DNA of 64,000 bases, taken from contig JAYWIR010000001.1 in the NCBI GenBank assembly GCA_036172245.1, forward strand, positions 9,176,001 to 9,240,000. The letters are read 5' to 3'. The notes under the pieces were generated by a model. The model was not told the origin of the DNA. It did no database searches and saw only the letters and a program-made list of their open reading frames with translations. How positions within the stretch are numbered: the first letter of the stretch is position 1; the number at the start of each line of letters is the position of its first letter. Both the position numbers and the translations under genes were made by a program. Source of the DNA: Raillietiella orientalis (taxonomy: Eukaryota). Of this stretch, positions 11,771 to 24,269 are shown piece by piece.

Positions 11771-14577
11771 CTTTTTGACCAAACTTAACATTTCGGCAAA
11801 TGCGAAGAGTTCTACATGTTGCGCTATGTTAGACCCTGTAAAGATTTTATGCTTGAGCATTTTTTATTTTTTACCTTATTGAAATGCGCACCTGATAAAT
11901 ATTATGATTCATCTTACAAATAAGTCTTTCTTCCTTCTCAAAGCCATGTTGTCAAGAGGTGCATAAATGGAGCTATAATCTGGTAATACTGAATGTGGGT
12001 GAGATGTATGGTGTTTCTGAATACGCTAAGTCAAGGTGCAAAAGAATTGAGCTTATTGTCCGAAATAATTCAATTCTTTATCATATCCATCTATCATGCC
12101 TTTTTTAATCAAATCCATTCTTTCAAATAATTCAAGAATTACCCTGCCGAACTGAAAGTTTTGCATGTAGTGCAAGTCTCACAAGCTCATCCATTTGACT
12201 ATTAATTTTAGTTTCCGTAAAAATAAAATTATCCAAACAGCAATGTAATTTACGAATGAAGAATAGATTCATCATAAAAAAAAAAATTAGTTCAATAGAG
12301 AAATGTAATGTCTAACGTCTGAAGTGCAAGAATGATTGCATACAGTGCCGTTTACAAGACCGAGTCTTGTTGTTTCTTAGGAAAGAAGCTTGGAAATGGA
12401 AATGCATGGGAGTGATCAAAGTTTGCTTCATTACAGCTGTCCTGTAAGACACTGATCAAGTAAACACTCTTGCAATTAGACTTGGATTATTTTCCACGAT
12501 CATGTTTATCTCATTCCACAAAGAAATCCAGTGGATTTCATCACTAGTGTCTGTTTATTTCTTGAATAATCTATAGTTTCACCTTTTTCATTTTACTTGT
12601 TGGCAAGTTTTAAAGAACAAAATTGTTTTACTTCAGCATGCATTGCGGATTTTTATAAGCTGCTTACATGATAATAGTTTCCATTTTTCATATGCTATAA
12701 GGCTGTATTGTACAAACTATAGCCCACATATCTTCAAAACAAAGTGTAAGTCGATTGGCTTCCCTTAATGTCAAGATGCATGACATTTTCTTATATTGAA
12801 AGGTATGGGCAACTTTTTTTCGAAGGTTTCGTAAATTGATTTATGCAGATAAAAATTACTTTTTCAAATGCTACACCTCATAATCCTACAAAGCATAGGA
12901 AATACTGGGGAGTGATCCAGTGACAGAAACGTATTCAGTGATCAGGTTTGGGCTGAGTGATTGGCTTTTTACTCTCACTTATGATATTCATAGAAAGTGT
13001 AAGCAATTTAATTACAAGCAGAATGAGTGTGGCATCTGTTTCTGTAAGAACAATTGCATACAAAATTAGGATAAAGAGACTACAAAAACCTGTTGCAATA
13101 ATTTTCAGATATCGTTTGGAATATTGAGAAGGCACTCACAGTTGCTGTTAGACATTTATTTTGAAGGGTTGGAATAAATTTCGTATTAATCTTTATGCAT
13201 TTAATTTAGAACATTTTCATTAGTTAAGGGCACAAATATGATGAAAGCTCCAGAAATTTAGTAATCATTTCTTTATTGTACCTCATTTTTAGTTTGATTT
13301 GAGGTTAATTTGAGTCTCCTTTATCTTCAATGAAGATTCTAAAGCAAAGATTCTTGGTTTGAATGCTTTTACATTTCCAAATTTATTTCTTATCAGTCCT
13401 TTCTTTTTATAGAATCGAGCTTCAAGTATTAGAATACTCTAATGAAAGGTCCTGTACTTAAGATTGGAATAATTTTCCAAAAACCTGATAAAAGGTTAAT
13501 ATTCATTACCAGTGGTAAATGAAAGATATAGTGATCTGACATGTAAAGAAATATTTTAATTTCTAGCGTCTACCGTTTTGAAGTTTTCGAAACGTGAGTT
13601 CGGCTAAGTATGCATTTTTTTTGTCGATTAAAAAGCAAAATAAAACTGTCACCATTTTCGTTCAGCTATCCTGAATTTTCCGTGCTTTCGATTGCTTTTA
13701 TAATATGAAGGAAAACGGGGGCAGCCAAGAAGCTTCAACCTTTATTTCGGAACAACAAGTAATGGAAAAAAGGTGTAAAATTGAGACAGGAAAATTTGAC
13801 TAATAGTATGGATGTAACTGTCAAGCATGTTGAAGAAAGACTAGCAAAAGTTCTACAAAGTATCTTCACATCTGTGAAAAATCTGTGAAACAAAAAAGTA
13901 AATACAGTGGGAACTCTCCTAACCAATTCTTCTGGATCACTAGAACTACTTAAAATGTACCATTCCTCGCTTCTTGAACGCTCAGGGCACTTTGTTTTTC
14001 TTTGTTTTAGGTAATCAATGCTGATAAAAGATCGGAACTACAAAACATTGAGTTATTGAATCCATTAGATCGTGTTCTTCAATTGATTTATTACTTGCTC
14101 TAAAAAAAAATCGCCTTTGGTTCCGAGTATCTGAAGGACCATTAATTAAGTATAATGATTTGTTGCAAACTTCAAGCTATGAAGTACAGTGGGTGGTAAG
14201 AATAGACGAACTAAAGACGATAATGTAGACGTGGACCAATTCCAGAACACAAAATTTCACATGCATCAACCACTGAATCTATCTTTGAGATATTGGAGTA
14301 AGAGTTTCAAGAGTCATCAAAAACTAATGTGGCGTTCATCGAAAATATTTGCGGAAAATCTTTCTTCATGTAAACAAAAATTGTTTTATATTTTAGAATT
14401 GCATATGTATATATATGTACATTTGTTTCATTGTTTCGTAGTAAATTGTGCATGCCTTAAATTACTAAACCGCTTTTTCATTCTTATTTCTCTATTTCAA
14501 CTGAGTTGTTATAATTTTGGAAGAAATGTCACTGCTTTTCAATTTATTAGAAATGAGAAAATGTTGAACTCCAAAAA

Positions 14578-16085
14578 AAAATGAGCACTGCAACAATTTT
14601 TCTTTAAAATCAGCGGGTGAACGTTTCTTATTGATCACGTAAGGTCATTTATCGGATTCTGACAATGGCTGTTCGATATATGTTTTTTTAAAGAGAATAC
14701 TTTTATTCGATCTAGGAAAGCTATCGAAAATACTTGAAAACATTGTTAAAAGTTATGTTGGTTTCGGGTACCGATTCCTAATTCACGTGATGCGATACCG
14801 AGTGCAGAAAGCGCAGTGATGTATCAGTAGAGATAAAGATCAGTGTGAATACTGCATATCCTCTCTCGTTCTTTAATTGAAAACTCACATGCTCCATATG
14901 GAATATACGACACGTCCTGTAAGTGTTACTGCTTAATTTCCGTATTGAAATTATAACTTTGAAATAGTTGATACTGGCATCCTTGTTCATTTCGTCAGTC
15001 CGCACGTTTCAAAAACATGGACGAGAAATTCGAATGGATGGAATTCCAAAGCGCGAAAAATGGTTCAGAAAGCTCAACTTAACAGAAACAAGAAAATTCT
15101 GAATTTTAAAGAAAATGATCACCACCACAAATGTTTCTTTCCAATCAACAGATGCAGGTTTCTTATTCAGCAAGTAAGGTCATTATCGGCTTGGGACAAT
15201 AGGTGTTCGAAATATATTTTTTTCGAAAATAACTCTTATTCAAATAGGAAAGCTACCGAAAATACTTGAAAATGTGGTCCAAAGATGTATTCGCTGTCGT
15301 GCACCAATTCCAAATTTACATGATGCCATGCCAAGTGCAGAAAGCGCACTGATGTGCTAGTGGAGACAAACATCATGAATTCTGGATGTGCTGTCTAAAC
15401 CGTTAATTGGAAATTCATATTACCACGGATTCCTTGATCCAGCCTAGGCGCGCGACCCAGAGCTTCGAGAACAACTTGATCTCCGAATTCACCAAGGTGA
15501 TCGGACGCCAGTTGAGTTGGTGCAAGTCTCCGCCCTTCGGCAGGAGACGCACCCTCGCTGAGAGGAACGAAACAGGGACATCGCCCGTGTCTTGCATCAA
15601 CGAAGAGAGTCTCAGTGTCAGGGGGATGAGCTCCGCCGCGAAGCACTGGAAGAAGTCCGAGGGCAGGCCATCCTCGCCTGGCACCTTCCGCCTCTTGAGC
15701 CCCTCTATGCCGGAAGAGATTTCCTCCTCCGTGAAGGGCTCGTCGAGACTTGCACATTCTTCCTCGTCGACAGCACGGGCATCTGCCAGCAGAAGCAGCT
15801 CGGAGAGACTTCTCCATGTGGAAAATGTAGGACGTCCTGGAAGTGGTTGTACTTCGTTTCTGTACTGAAGTTATCATTTTGAAATAGTTGATACTGGCAC
15901 TCCTGTTTGTCTAGGCAATTCCTGCGTTTGAAAGACATTAAGAATGAATTCCAAAGCATGAAATCCCTAAGCATGGAAAACAGCTTAGCAAAATTTTTAA
16001 GAAAAATAATCAGTGCCACAAATTTTCCTTCCTAATGTACGAATGCATGTTTGTTATGGAGCACGTGAGCTCATTTATCAGCTCT
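14578..16085. repeat. Diverged tandem repeat with ~500-535 bp unit (2 full copies plus start of a third)
   Basis: Colinear anchors recur: gaaaatacttgaaaa (~14726 and ~15258), agtgcagaaagcgca (14801 and 15334), tttgaaatagttgatactggca (~14958 and ~15878), gaattccaaagc (15041 and ~15946). Unit starts at ~14578, ~15112 and ~16003. Confidence 0.85.
15421..15810 (-). mobile_element. 390-bp internal fragment of an L1/Tx1-type non-LTR RT inserted in repeat copy 2
   Basis: GC-rich block translating without stops to ...EPFTEEEISSGIEGLKRRKVPGEDGLPSDFF...VRLLPKGGDLHQLNWRPITLVNSEIKLFSK (RT domains 0-1). The flanks rejoin to match repeat copy 1. Confidence 0.9.
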
Positions 16086-16379
16086 CTGCCATAGACGTCC
16101 TGTTAGTGTTGATGCTTCAAACCACGTAAGGTGCCTTCAATTGAATACTTTTTCCCGTTTACGTTCAAGGGAACGTTTCTCTCTCGACATGGAATCATCC
16201 ACGGAAACGTGTAGACAAAACTCTTGTCATCTTCGCGACCTTCCAAAATTCAGAATGCAAATTACCCTAATAGACGAATTTCATAGTAAAAAGCGGACAT
16301 TGGGGCTGCCTGATCAGCGACCTGCTGCTACTCCTGTCCCCCACAGTTCCCCCATTGTCACTTCGGTCTCTCTTCGATG

Positions 16380-18165
16380 AAATTCACAGGGAACAGGACA
16401 AAAAGTAAATGAGGATAACACCCAAGCAGTTCTGATAGGGTCAAATGAGCAACAACGGTCTGCGTGGAGTTGAGGAGGACCTTAGGAGCCTTAGGAGTCG
16501 AGGTCAAGGACCACATCAGATACCTAGGCACCCCGTTTAGGAATTTGCGGCCGGAAGAGGAATGGGAAACCCTCAATGTTAAACTTCTGGAGTTCTTTGT
16601 CCCCTTCAGGAACATCAGACCGCTCCTGCTAGAGAGGGACAGCAATCGAGAACACGTTTGTGGCTTTTAAGATGAAGCCCTTACTATTCGTATGCCCCAT
16701 CCCAAAGACTACTCGGAATCAAATCCGGGCTAACTTACGGAAAGCGCTTTGGGGCAGTTCCAGCTCCAAGATCCGATTCAACAGTTTGACGAGTCCAAAG
16801 TCCAACGCGGGACTGGGGATCCTCTCGCCAGAGATTCTCAGCACCCAGCTGACCATCAAGAAGCTGTCTCTGGTCAGAACACTGGTTTCTATTTGTGAGA
16901 CAGATGTTGCACAACATTCATGGGAATGACAGCATGACCAGCCTAACGGCCAAGAAGGCGAGTTCCAGATACCCGCCATCGCTGAAGGAAATGGCAGCCT
17001 TTCTCAGAAAACATCCTGAGATAGCACGCGAGCCTGCCAACTATCAAGCTCTTCGCGTGACCACCATTAGGCAGTGGCATCCGACGTCTGTGGAGAATTC
17101 TTTATCTGCAGATCCACCAAGCAGAAGCGTCCGCCAAGGCTCGGCTCAGCTGGGCCAGCACTCAACTCGTTCAAAGGGTGAAGATGAAGCACAGTATTGA
17201 TTCCACAGAGTCAGCCCAATATGCATTATCTTTCCTCCTTAACGAAGAGAAAATGCCATTACACTGCTGCAAACCATTCGCACTCGCAGCAGCGCTTCAA
17301 CTGATGCAGATCTGCCATGGAATGCAAAGATGGGCACACCTCTTCAGCGCTCCTGTTGCCACCTTGGATGTCCCATCCATCTATGAGCTGGACAAAGGAG
17401 TGCCACTAAAAGTTCAGCACCTCCTTGCTCTAATGATAAGGAACGAGCAGCTCCACCACATCACCTGCAAGGCAATAAGCCCAAATTGTAGTAGATGCGA
17501 AGATAAGGAAACCTTCGCGCACCTCTTCATAGAGTGTCCCTATCTACAGCACAGATTGGAAGAGGATAGCGCTTAGTCTTTCAGTCCTAGACTTGGACGC
17601 TAAAGAGCTGCTGACTAGATTCTTTAGCAAGGAACGGATTGCAAAACATCGTCCGTAGCAATATTCTGCTCCCTTTGAGCAGCTATCATAGCTAGACAAA
17701 CACGAGAGAAAGAGAAACGCAATAAAAATCTCCTTGGGATATGCGGGCGTCTGCTAAATGCAGAGCGCAATTGATCACATCTCAACGCAAGAGACAAAGA
17801 GAAACTGGTTGGGACTGCGAAGTTGGTTCTGGAAGCTCACAACCCGGTGATTTGTCCATCCCCCATGGCGGCAGTGACGGCATTTCCCCCCTCGCTGTCG
17901 CCCGTGGCCATCCGAGCTCCCTCCCGCCTTCCTCGCCTTGAGGGAGGGGAAGGGAGGGGACCAGGAAAAGGTGCCGACGACAGTGGAGATGGAGGGGGAA
18001 ACGGATCGCACGAGTACCTGCCTCCCGAGGAGACAAGGCTCCTGCTCCTTAAACCACCGTAGCGAGTTCCCCCTCCTTTTCTCGCGCACGCGCACGCATC
18101 TACGGAAGAATGTCTAGATCCCCCGCTGTAAGCTCTTATAAAACTGTAAATATGAACAATAAATT
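16380..18165 (+). mobile_element. 5'-truncated, frameshifted L1/Tx1-like non-LTR retrotransposon (RT C-terminus, zinc knuckle, probable 3' UTR)
   Basis: GQKVNEDNTQ, IRYLGTPF, LTSPKSNAGLGILS and the CCHC knuckle CSRCEDKETFAHLFIECP occur in order across several frames. The 3' end is inferred from AATAAA at ~18158. Confidence 0.78.
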
Positions 18166-18479
18166 TTCTATCATGGATGTAGCCAACATTTGTTTTTTCA
18201 ATCCAAACCTGTTTTCGCATTCCCGTTCATGGTTTTAAGGAATCACTCAAGGCAGGGATTCATGAACGGAAGAACGTCTCCGTCCTTTTGATATCTCTGC
18301 AAACCTTCAAAACGCAAAATGCAAATCCCTCTGCTTTTATCGGAGTTTGAGGATACAATTAAACAGGATCACAGGAGAAACTCTTCCTATTCTCCATAAT
18401 CTTTTCCGTCCAAGTGAGGAGCTTGCTTCTACTCTGGTTTGTTAGCAGACCGTTCTCCGGCTGTTTCTTGTGAGAGCGG

Positions 18480-20670
18480 GTCGTTGATTTTTCCGGGTAG
18501 CAAAATGTCTTCCATCTTTTCCAGGATTCCTCCTATTACGTGAATCCAGTAGATACCCCTTGTGTTGGATACACGAGACCATCATGTGGTGCCTCATCCT
18601 CTCCGTATTTACTAGGGACTCTTAGGTCGTATAGCACTGGATCGTTCCCTGGATCTCAGGTTCCAACTGGACCGATGATGAAAGCATTACAGCGTTTCTC
18701 GTCTTTGGTTAACTGGAGAATCGCTTCCTGGTATTTTTCGATCTTTCACCTTCTGGATGAACTGAACGCCTCCTTTTCATCCTCGAACAGGCAGCAGACG
18801 TCCAGGATTACCATTCGGTTCGCCTTCTCCAGTACCAGATTGGGTTGCAGAGAGGAATCAACTCCGGGAACCTTCTGGTTTGTTGAAATCAAAGTCCACT
18901 CCGCCACATCCGCTGCAGCGTTCTTCACCTTCCTTAAAACTGCTTCATGTCACGCAGTACACACACAGAGTGCCTATTGCAATGATTAACAATAGGAGGC
19001 AACGTCTCAGCCCGCACTTTGCATCGTCGACATGCGCCATCTTTTCTTCTGGCCACTCCTTCTATGGGAAGAAGATTCAGACGAGCCGAGTGGATGAACT
19101 TGTAGTCTGGGAACCTTAGGAATTCCCCAGCTATGATGAATAAGCTGGACGCGCGGTGCAGACCCACACTGCATGGTCCTTCCCTGATCCGGGTGCTTTT
19201 TTAACAGGGATTGCCAAGCATGCTCTCTTTGTGCTGCTCTCTCACCGAAGGCAAACCTCCTCCCAGTGCTCTTGTTGAAGGTGATGCTAGCCGATTGTGA
19301 TGTTGAGCTCTCCACCAATAAATTTCCAACTGGATTCACTTCTCTTTGAGGCCTCTATTTCTTTTTTCCGAAAACTCTCAACGTCTCTGCTGGCTCTTGA
19401 AAATTTTCCAGAGGAGATGCTTATCATGAACTCTCAGAGATCTTCATCCGATGGTGGTTCGAGGATTCTCTTCCGGGCTACCTCTCGTAGAGTCTCCAGG
19501 GCCAGTTCCATGACGCATTATCTGGAGAGGTGAGCAGCGTCAAACAGCTGTCTATGATGAACTCTGTCATTCATCATCCAGCTACGTTAAACCCAGTCAG
19601 CCTTTCCCTCTGTCTCCGTAGAGATATTCGTTGGCTACCTTGGCCTGGAGATGAAAAACTTTCTTGATCTTCCGCCAAACTTCTTGATCCATTTTCACTC
19701 TATAATTGCCAGTGTTTCTTCGGATGCGTTACCAGCCTCTCGTAGTGGACAAGACTGAGAAAGAAACAAGTTTTTAAGGCATTCATCTTTTGCTATGAGG
19801 AGAAGCCACTGTTCAAAATGGAGCTTGCTTTCTGGCAGATTTCTTCCTTTGACGGATGGGAATCAAAGATTTCGATTCCAGAAGGCTTCCCCAGGTATTT
19901 GCAAGCCTTTGATGAAAAAATACAGGGGATTCTCCCGTTTATACCTTTGTTTCAACTTTCAATCCTCTGAGATTGCCTCTGAACTGAAGCCAGGCGCACT
20001 TCTCTGGGTTGATAGATAGGCCAGCTCGCTCTGAACAATTTTCAAAGTGGGCTATTCTTGCCATTGGTTCTTCAGCTTCTTTGGCTAGGATGACGACATC
20101 ATCTGCATACGCCAAGATCACATCTCCCCCGAAACTCCTTCATTGTGCAGAGAACCGCTTCTATGAGTATGATGAAGAGGTGAGAGTTCAGTGGACAGCC
20201 TTGCTTCACTCCTCGACGCAAAGAGGAGGAGGTCCTTGTCGTCGTTGACTCCAATTGTATGTATGTGGAGCTCCTGGAGTAAATATCCCCTGAGATGTTG
20301 ATCAACTCGTTGCCTTCCCCTGCCTTTTCTAGTGTCCCAAAATCATCTCATAGAAACGTCCCAAAAGCGTTGATAATGACATAATGACAGCGATTTTCTG
20401 GGACCAACGGCGAGCAGAGTCAAGTCTCGTCTGGACAACGAAGTTTCGTTTAAGCACTCCACCGAAAGACAGGTAGCCCTCCTTCTGAGCTCCGATCACT
20501 TCGTTATCCAGGATCTAGTACCTTAACCTGGACGCCAGGCACTTAGCATATAACTTGTATACTCTATTGCCGAAGGAAACTGACCTCCAGCTGGTGACAC
20601 CTTCTGCCGCGGCGGAGCTTTTTGGAATGAGCACGGTTCTGGCGCACTTCCGGATGGCTGCCAAATTTCT
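18480..20670 (-). mobile_element. Decayed Utopia/NeSL-like RLE non-LTR retrotransposon, copy 1
   Basis: RTVLIPK..SWRSVS, RGVKQGCPL, LAYADDVVIL, GLSINPEKC, FIHSARLNLLP, CRRCKVRAETLPPIVNHC, PNLV...ILDVCCLFE...KIEKY, GTWDP. Many stops and frameshifts. Confidence 0.88.
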
Positions 20671-20759
20671 ATCATTGTGTTTTTTGATGCAAAAACTGTT
20701 TCCCTAATCCCCTTTACTGTTTTCGGGAATCTTTCACACTATGCACGGAATCATGAGCG

Positions 20760-23171
20760 GAAGCCTATTTCCCGTCTTCCTTCCTCTTCGCGACACTCGA
20801 ATCCGCGAAATGCAAATTCCTCTTTGGTGAATGAGGAGAGGCCAAGCGGATCCCCGTAGACCCATCTCTATTAACTCAAGAGGAGGTAGCGGCGATACTG
20901 CAGAGTGCGAAAAACTCATCCCCGGAGAAGATGGAATTACCTACGCTGGATGGAAGACCATTGATCCAGAGGCGGAACGGCTTACGATAATCTTTAATAT
21001 CTAAAAAGGTTATACCAGAAGAGGAATACCAGAAGAGTGGAAGTGTACCAGGACGGTACTCATGGCAAAGAACTCCTCAGCAGCAGAAGACATCTCCAGC
21101 TGGAGGCCAATATCCATTGGCACCAGTGCATACAGACTGTATGTCAAATGCTTGGCCGTCCGAATAAGAAGATGGATTTTGGAAAACGAGATCATCGGCA
21201 CCCAACAGAAGGACTTCCTGCCCTTCCAGCAGGCAGGAAGACTAGATGCTGCTCGTCGCTGGTCGAAGGACTTCTGTGCAGTCTTTATAGACTTTGCAAA
21301 TGCCTTCGGCACAGTCTTCCACGAAAAATTATGGGAACACTAAAAGAAGCAGGGGTAGGATAGGAACTAATGGATATTATTCAAGAAGTGTATACAGGAA
21401 GTTTCCTTCATTCAGTTGTAAGAGACAGAAACGAGGACCTTCTCCGTGCGGCGCGGAGCGAAGCGAGGATGTCCCCTAAGCTCACTCCTATTCAACATCT
21501 CAATAGAACCTACCCTCCGCTCAATGAGACACCACTATGGGGAGGACGATATAACGATATAGCCAGTATAACGATGATACTGGCTCACTCCGATGACATC
21601 GTTATACTGGGCAAGGAGGAAGCAGAAGTAAAAGAAATGGTAGCGCATTTCCAGAAATTAGTGGAGCAAGCCGGCCTATCCACCAACCCGGCTAAATGCA
21701 CGTCAATATTCTACAGCGGGAAGACTCCAAAATGTCCAAGGTACATGCATATACAGGTAAAAGAAAAGAAAATCCCTTATACTGCTTTATCGCAGGCACA
21801 CAAATACTTGAGAAAACCCTTCGGTGTTCAGGTATTCAATTCAAAACCAAGGAGGACGAATATCATACTAGAGAGTGAACTCTCAGGGTGGCAGAAAATG
21901 AACGCAATGAAAACCTTCTTCTACCCTAGCCTAGTTCAGCACGAGAGGCTGGAAACTCACCGAAAATAAGAAGGGCAGCATGTAGACGAAGAAATCAGGA
22001 AGAAAATCAAGGCCTTACACCTACCATCCTGGACAGCCAATGAGTACTTCTAAGGAGAAAGAAGCCAAGGATGCATAGGACTGATGAAGCTAGCTGAAGA
22101 ATCCGACCTTTTCACCATGGATAACTGCTTCCAACTTCTCACCTCACCAGACAGCGTGGTAAGGAAGTTAGCTTACGATACCTTGGAAAAAGTGGTCCAA
22201 AAACGAACCTATGAATTTCCGACAGATGAAAATCTCAGTGAGTTCATGACGGGTACTCTACACAGGAAAACCACATAACCCGGAAAAGATATAGATAGCC
22301 TTTGGACGAATGGAAGGAAGGCCTCTAGAAGAGTCAAAGCCCGCTGGGAATGTCAACAAGGAGAACCCAAAATAACAGTTGACGGCGTAATCTTTACCAG
22401 CAATACAAGAAGGAAGTTCACTCCGGAGTCAGAGCATTTCAGAAGGAACCTGCATGGCAATCCCTAATCCAAAATCACATTAGTCAAGGGAAGACCATGC
22501 AGTGTGTGAGCATGCATCACTCCTCAAGCTTTTCTCAGACGAACGGAATCCACTTAAGATTTCAAGATTACAAGTTTATCCATGCAGCAAGACTAAACTT
22601 ACTGCCAATCAACTCTGGGCCAACTAGAAAAGGTCATGAACGCATATGTCATGATTCGATCCAAGAGATCATCAGGAAAGCCTCAGCGAATGAAGCAAAG
22701 TGGAATCTTGTCCTAAGCAGCCGGAGAGTACCAAGAACTACTTCCAGCAAAAAGGAGATAAAAATTTCTAAAACCAGACTTTGTTTTAGAAAAAGGAGAT
22801 CGGATAAGTGTGCTGGGTATCTGCTGCCCAAAAGAAAATGGCAAGGAGATGTTCGGAACAGCCAGAAACAACAAAGAAGAAAAATACAAAGATATCGCAA
22901 TGCAACTGGAAGTAGTGGAAAACAAACTAAAGCACATGCGATCATCGTCGGCTCTCTAGGAGCATGGGATCCTTGTAACGAAGAAGTAATGCAGTACTTA
23001 GGACTACCAAAGAAGAAACTGGTGGAGTCGAGACACCGCATGGTGGCCACCAGTATCCGGTACTCAAGCGCTATATATGCAACCCATGTAAAAAAGCAAA
23101 CCGATAACCAACTCGATAACCTAGATAATGACCTCCCTCCTGCCACATCGATGGAGAGGAAAAGTCCCTAG
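20760..23171 (+). mobile_element. Decayed Utopia/NeSL-like RLE non-LTR retrotransposon, copy 2
   Basis: NSSPGEDGITY, SWRPISIG, FIDFANAFGTV, LAHSDDIVIL (degenerate YADD), GLSTNPAKC, LSGWQKMNAMKTFFYP, FIHAARLNLLP, IIVGSLGAWDP. Stops, frameshifts and internal deletions. Confidence 0.9.
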
Positions 23172-23760
23172 GCAGGTGCTCCACGAAAGTGCTGGTCGAC
23201 GCAGCTACGCCCTGTATACAGGTGAACAGACTTTGCCTTGAGCGTGCTCCAGAAAAAGCTCGGTGTTCCTCCCCAGTGTCTGAACGCTACTGTCCTTCCT
23301 TTCCGGTGGCAACTCGACGTAGTACTGTTCTTGCATTGGGATGTTGCCTGCAACAAACGCATGCACTACATTACGAGAAGGAGTGCGTCTGAGGAGTGGG
23401 CCAGGTGAGGGAAGATCGAATCGCTCCCCCACCTGCTGATGAACTGCAGCGGCAACTGTCCTTTGTGAAAGAGGCTGGCATCGGCCCTTTTTCACCAAAA
23501 GATGCTCCTGATGATTTGCTGCACCTCTTCTTCACCCGAGACGGGCTATCAGCTGCTGCCATGATCGCGACTTTGCGTTGCACCCGCGGCATCCTCACCA
23601 CCCAATACTCGCTGGAGTTGCATCAGCGAGAGCGAGAGGCTACCGGTATCTCTATGGACTTTCTGAAGAAAGCAAGCAGGTGGCTTCATCTGAAACAGGA
23701 AGTCAGCAGGGAGTTCAGCAACATCGCAAGGACTTTTAAGAGGCAGCAATCCTGATATTT
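23172..23760 (+). mobile_element. Unidentified coding-like relic abutting the RLE element, possibly the 3' end of another retroelement
   Basis: GC-richer block with in-frame ORFs 23189-23392 and 23396-23755 separated by one stop. Degenerate Cys/His pattern (CPSF...HALHYEKEC). Confidence 0.3.
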
Positions 23761-24269
23761 CCTTCCCTGCCCACCAAATAGTTGTTTATTTGTTCATCTC
23801 CTCACCCTTCAGTGCAGCAGACAATTTCTTCTTTGTCCTATGACTCAGCGAGTCCTCCTCTGATGAACTTCTTTCTTGTTTCTTTTTTTGATTCTCAAGA
23901 AATCGTGTTCCTTGTTTTTCCTGTAGTTTTATTTTTTTATTAGAATAAATTCTCGGCGCAACCGGGTGAAATGCTTCTCGTCGCTGACGTGGGAAATGGT
24001 CGATGTTCCCGTCACTTTTCGCTAAGCCATAATATTGATAAGGGAAATCTCCCGTCATCTAAACAAGTGGTATCCGTCCATTTCAGAGAACTCGAATTTC
24101 AAATTGTTTTCGAATCTGTGGGTCGCATGCTTAGAAAGTTTGCGGAGTCGTTGATAAAGCTGGAGCAGAGCTATGCCGTTTCCCCGAAGTTCATGGATGC
24201 CGATCTCTTTTTCGTGAGAACGTTTGGCACCCAGATTTGCCGGGGCATTCATTATTAGAAATTTTTATA

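Noticed and set aside
15421..17760. Twin-priming 5' inversion linking the minus RT fragment to the plus L1/Tx1 relic
   Set aside because: They are separated by ~570 nt including host repeat, and the fragment is stop-free while the relic is heavily decayed.
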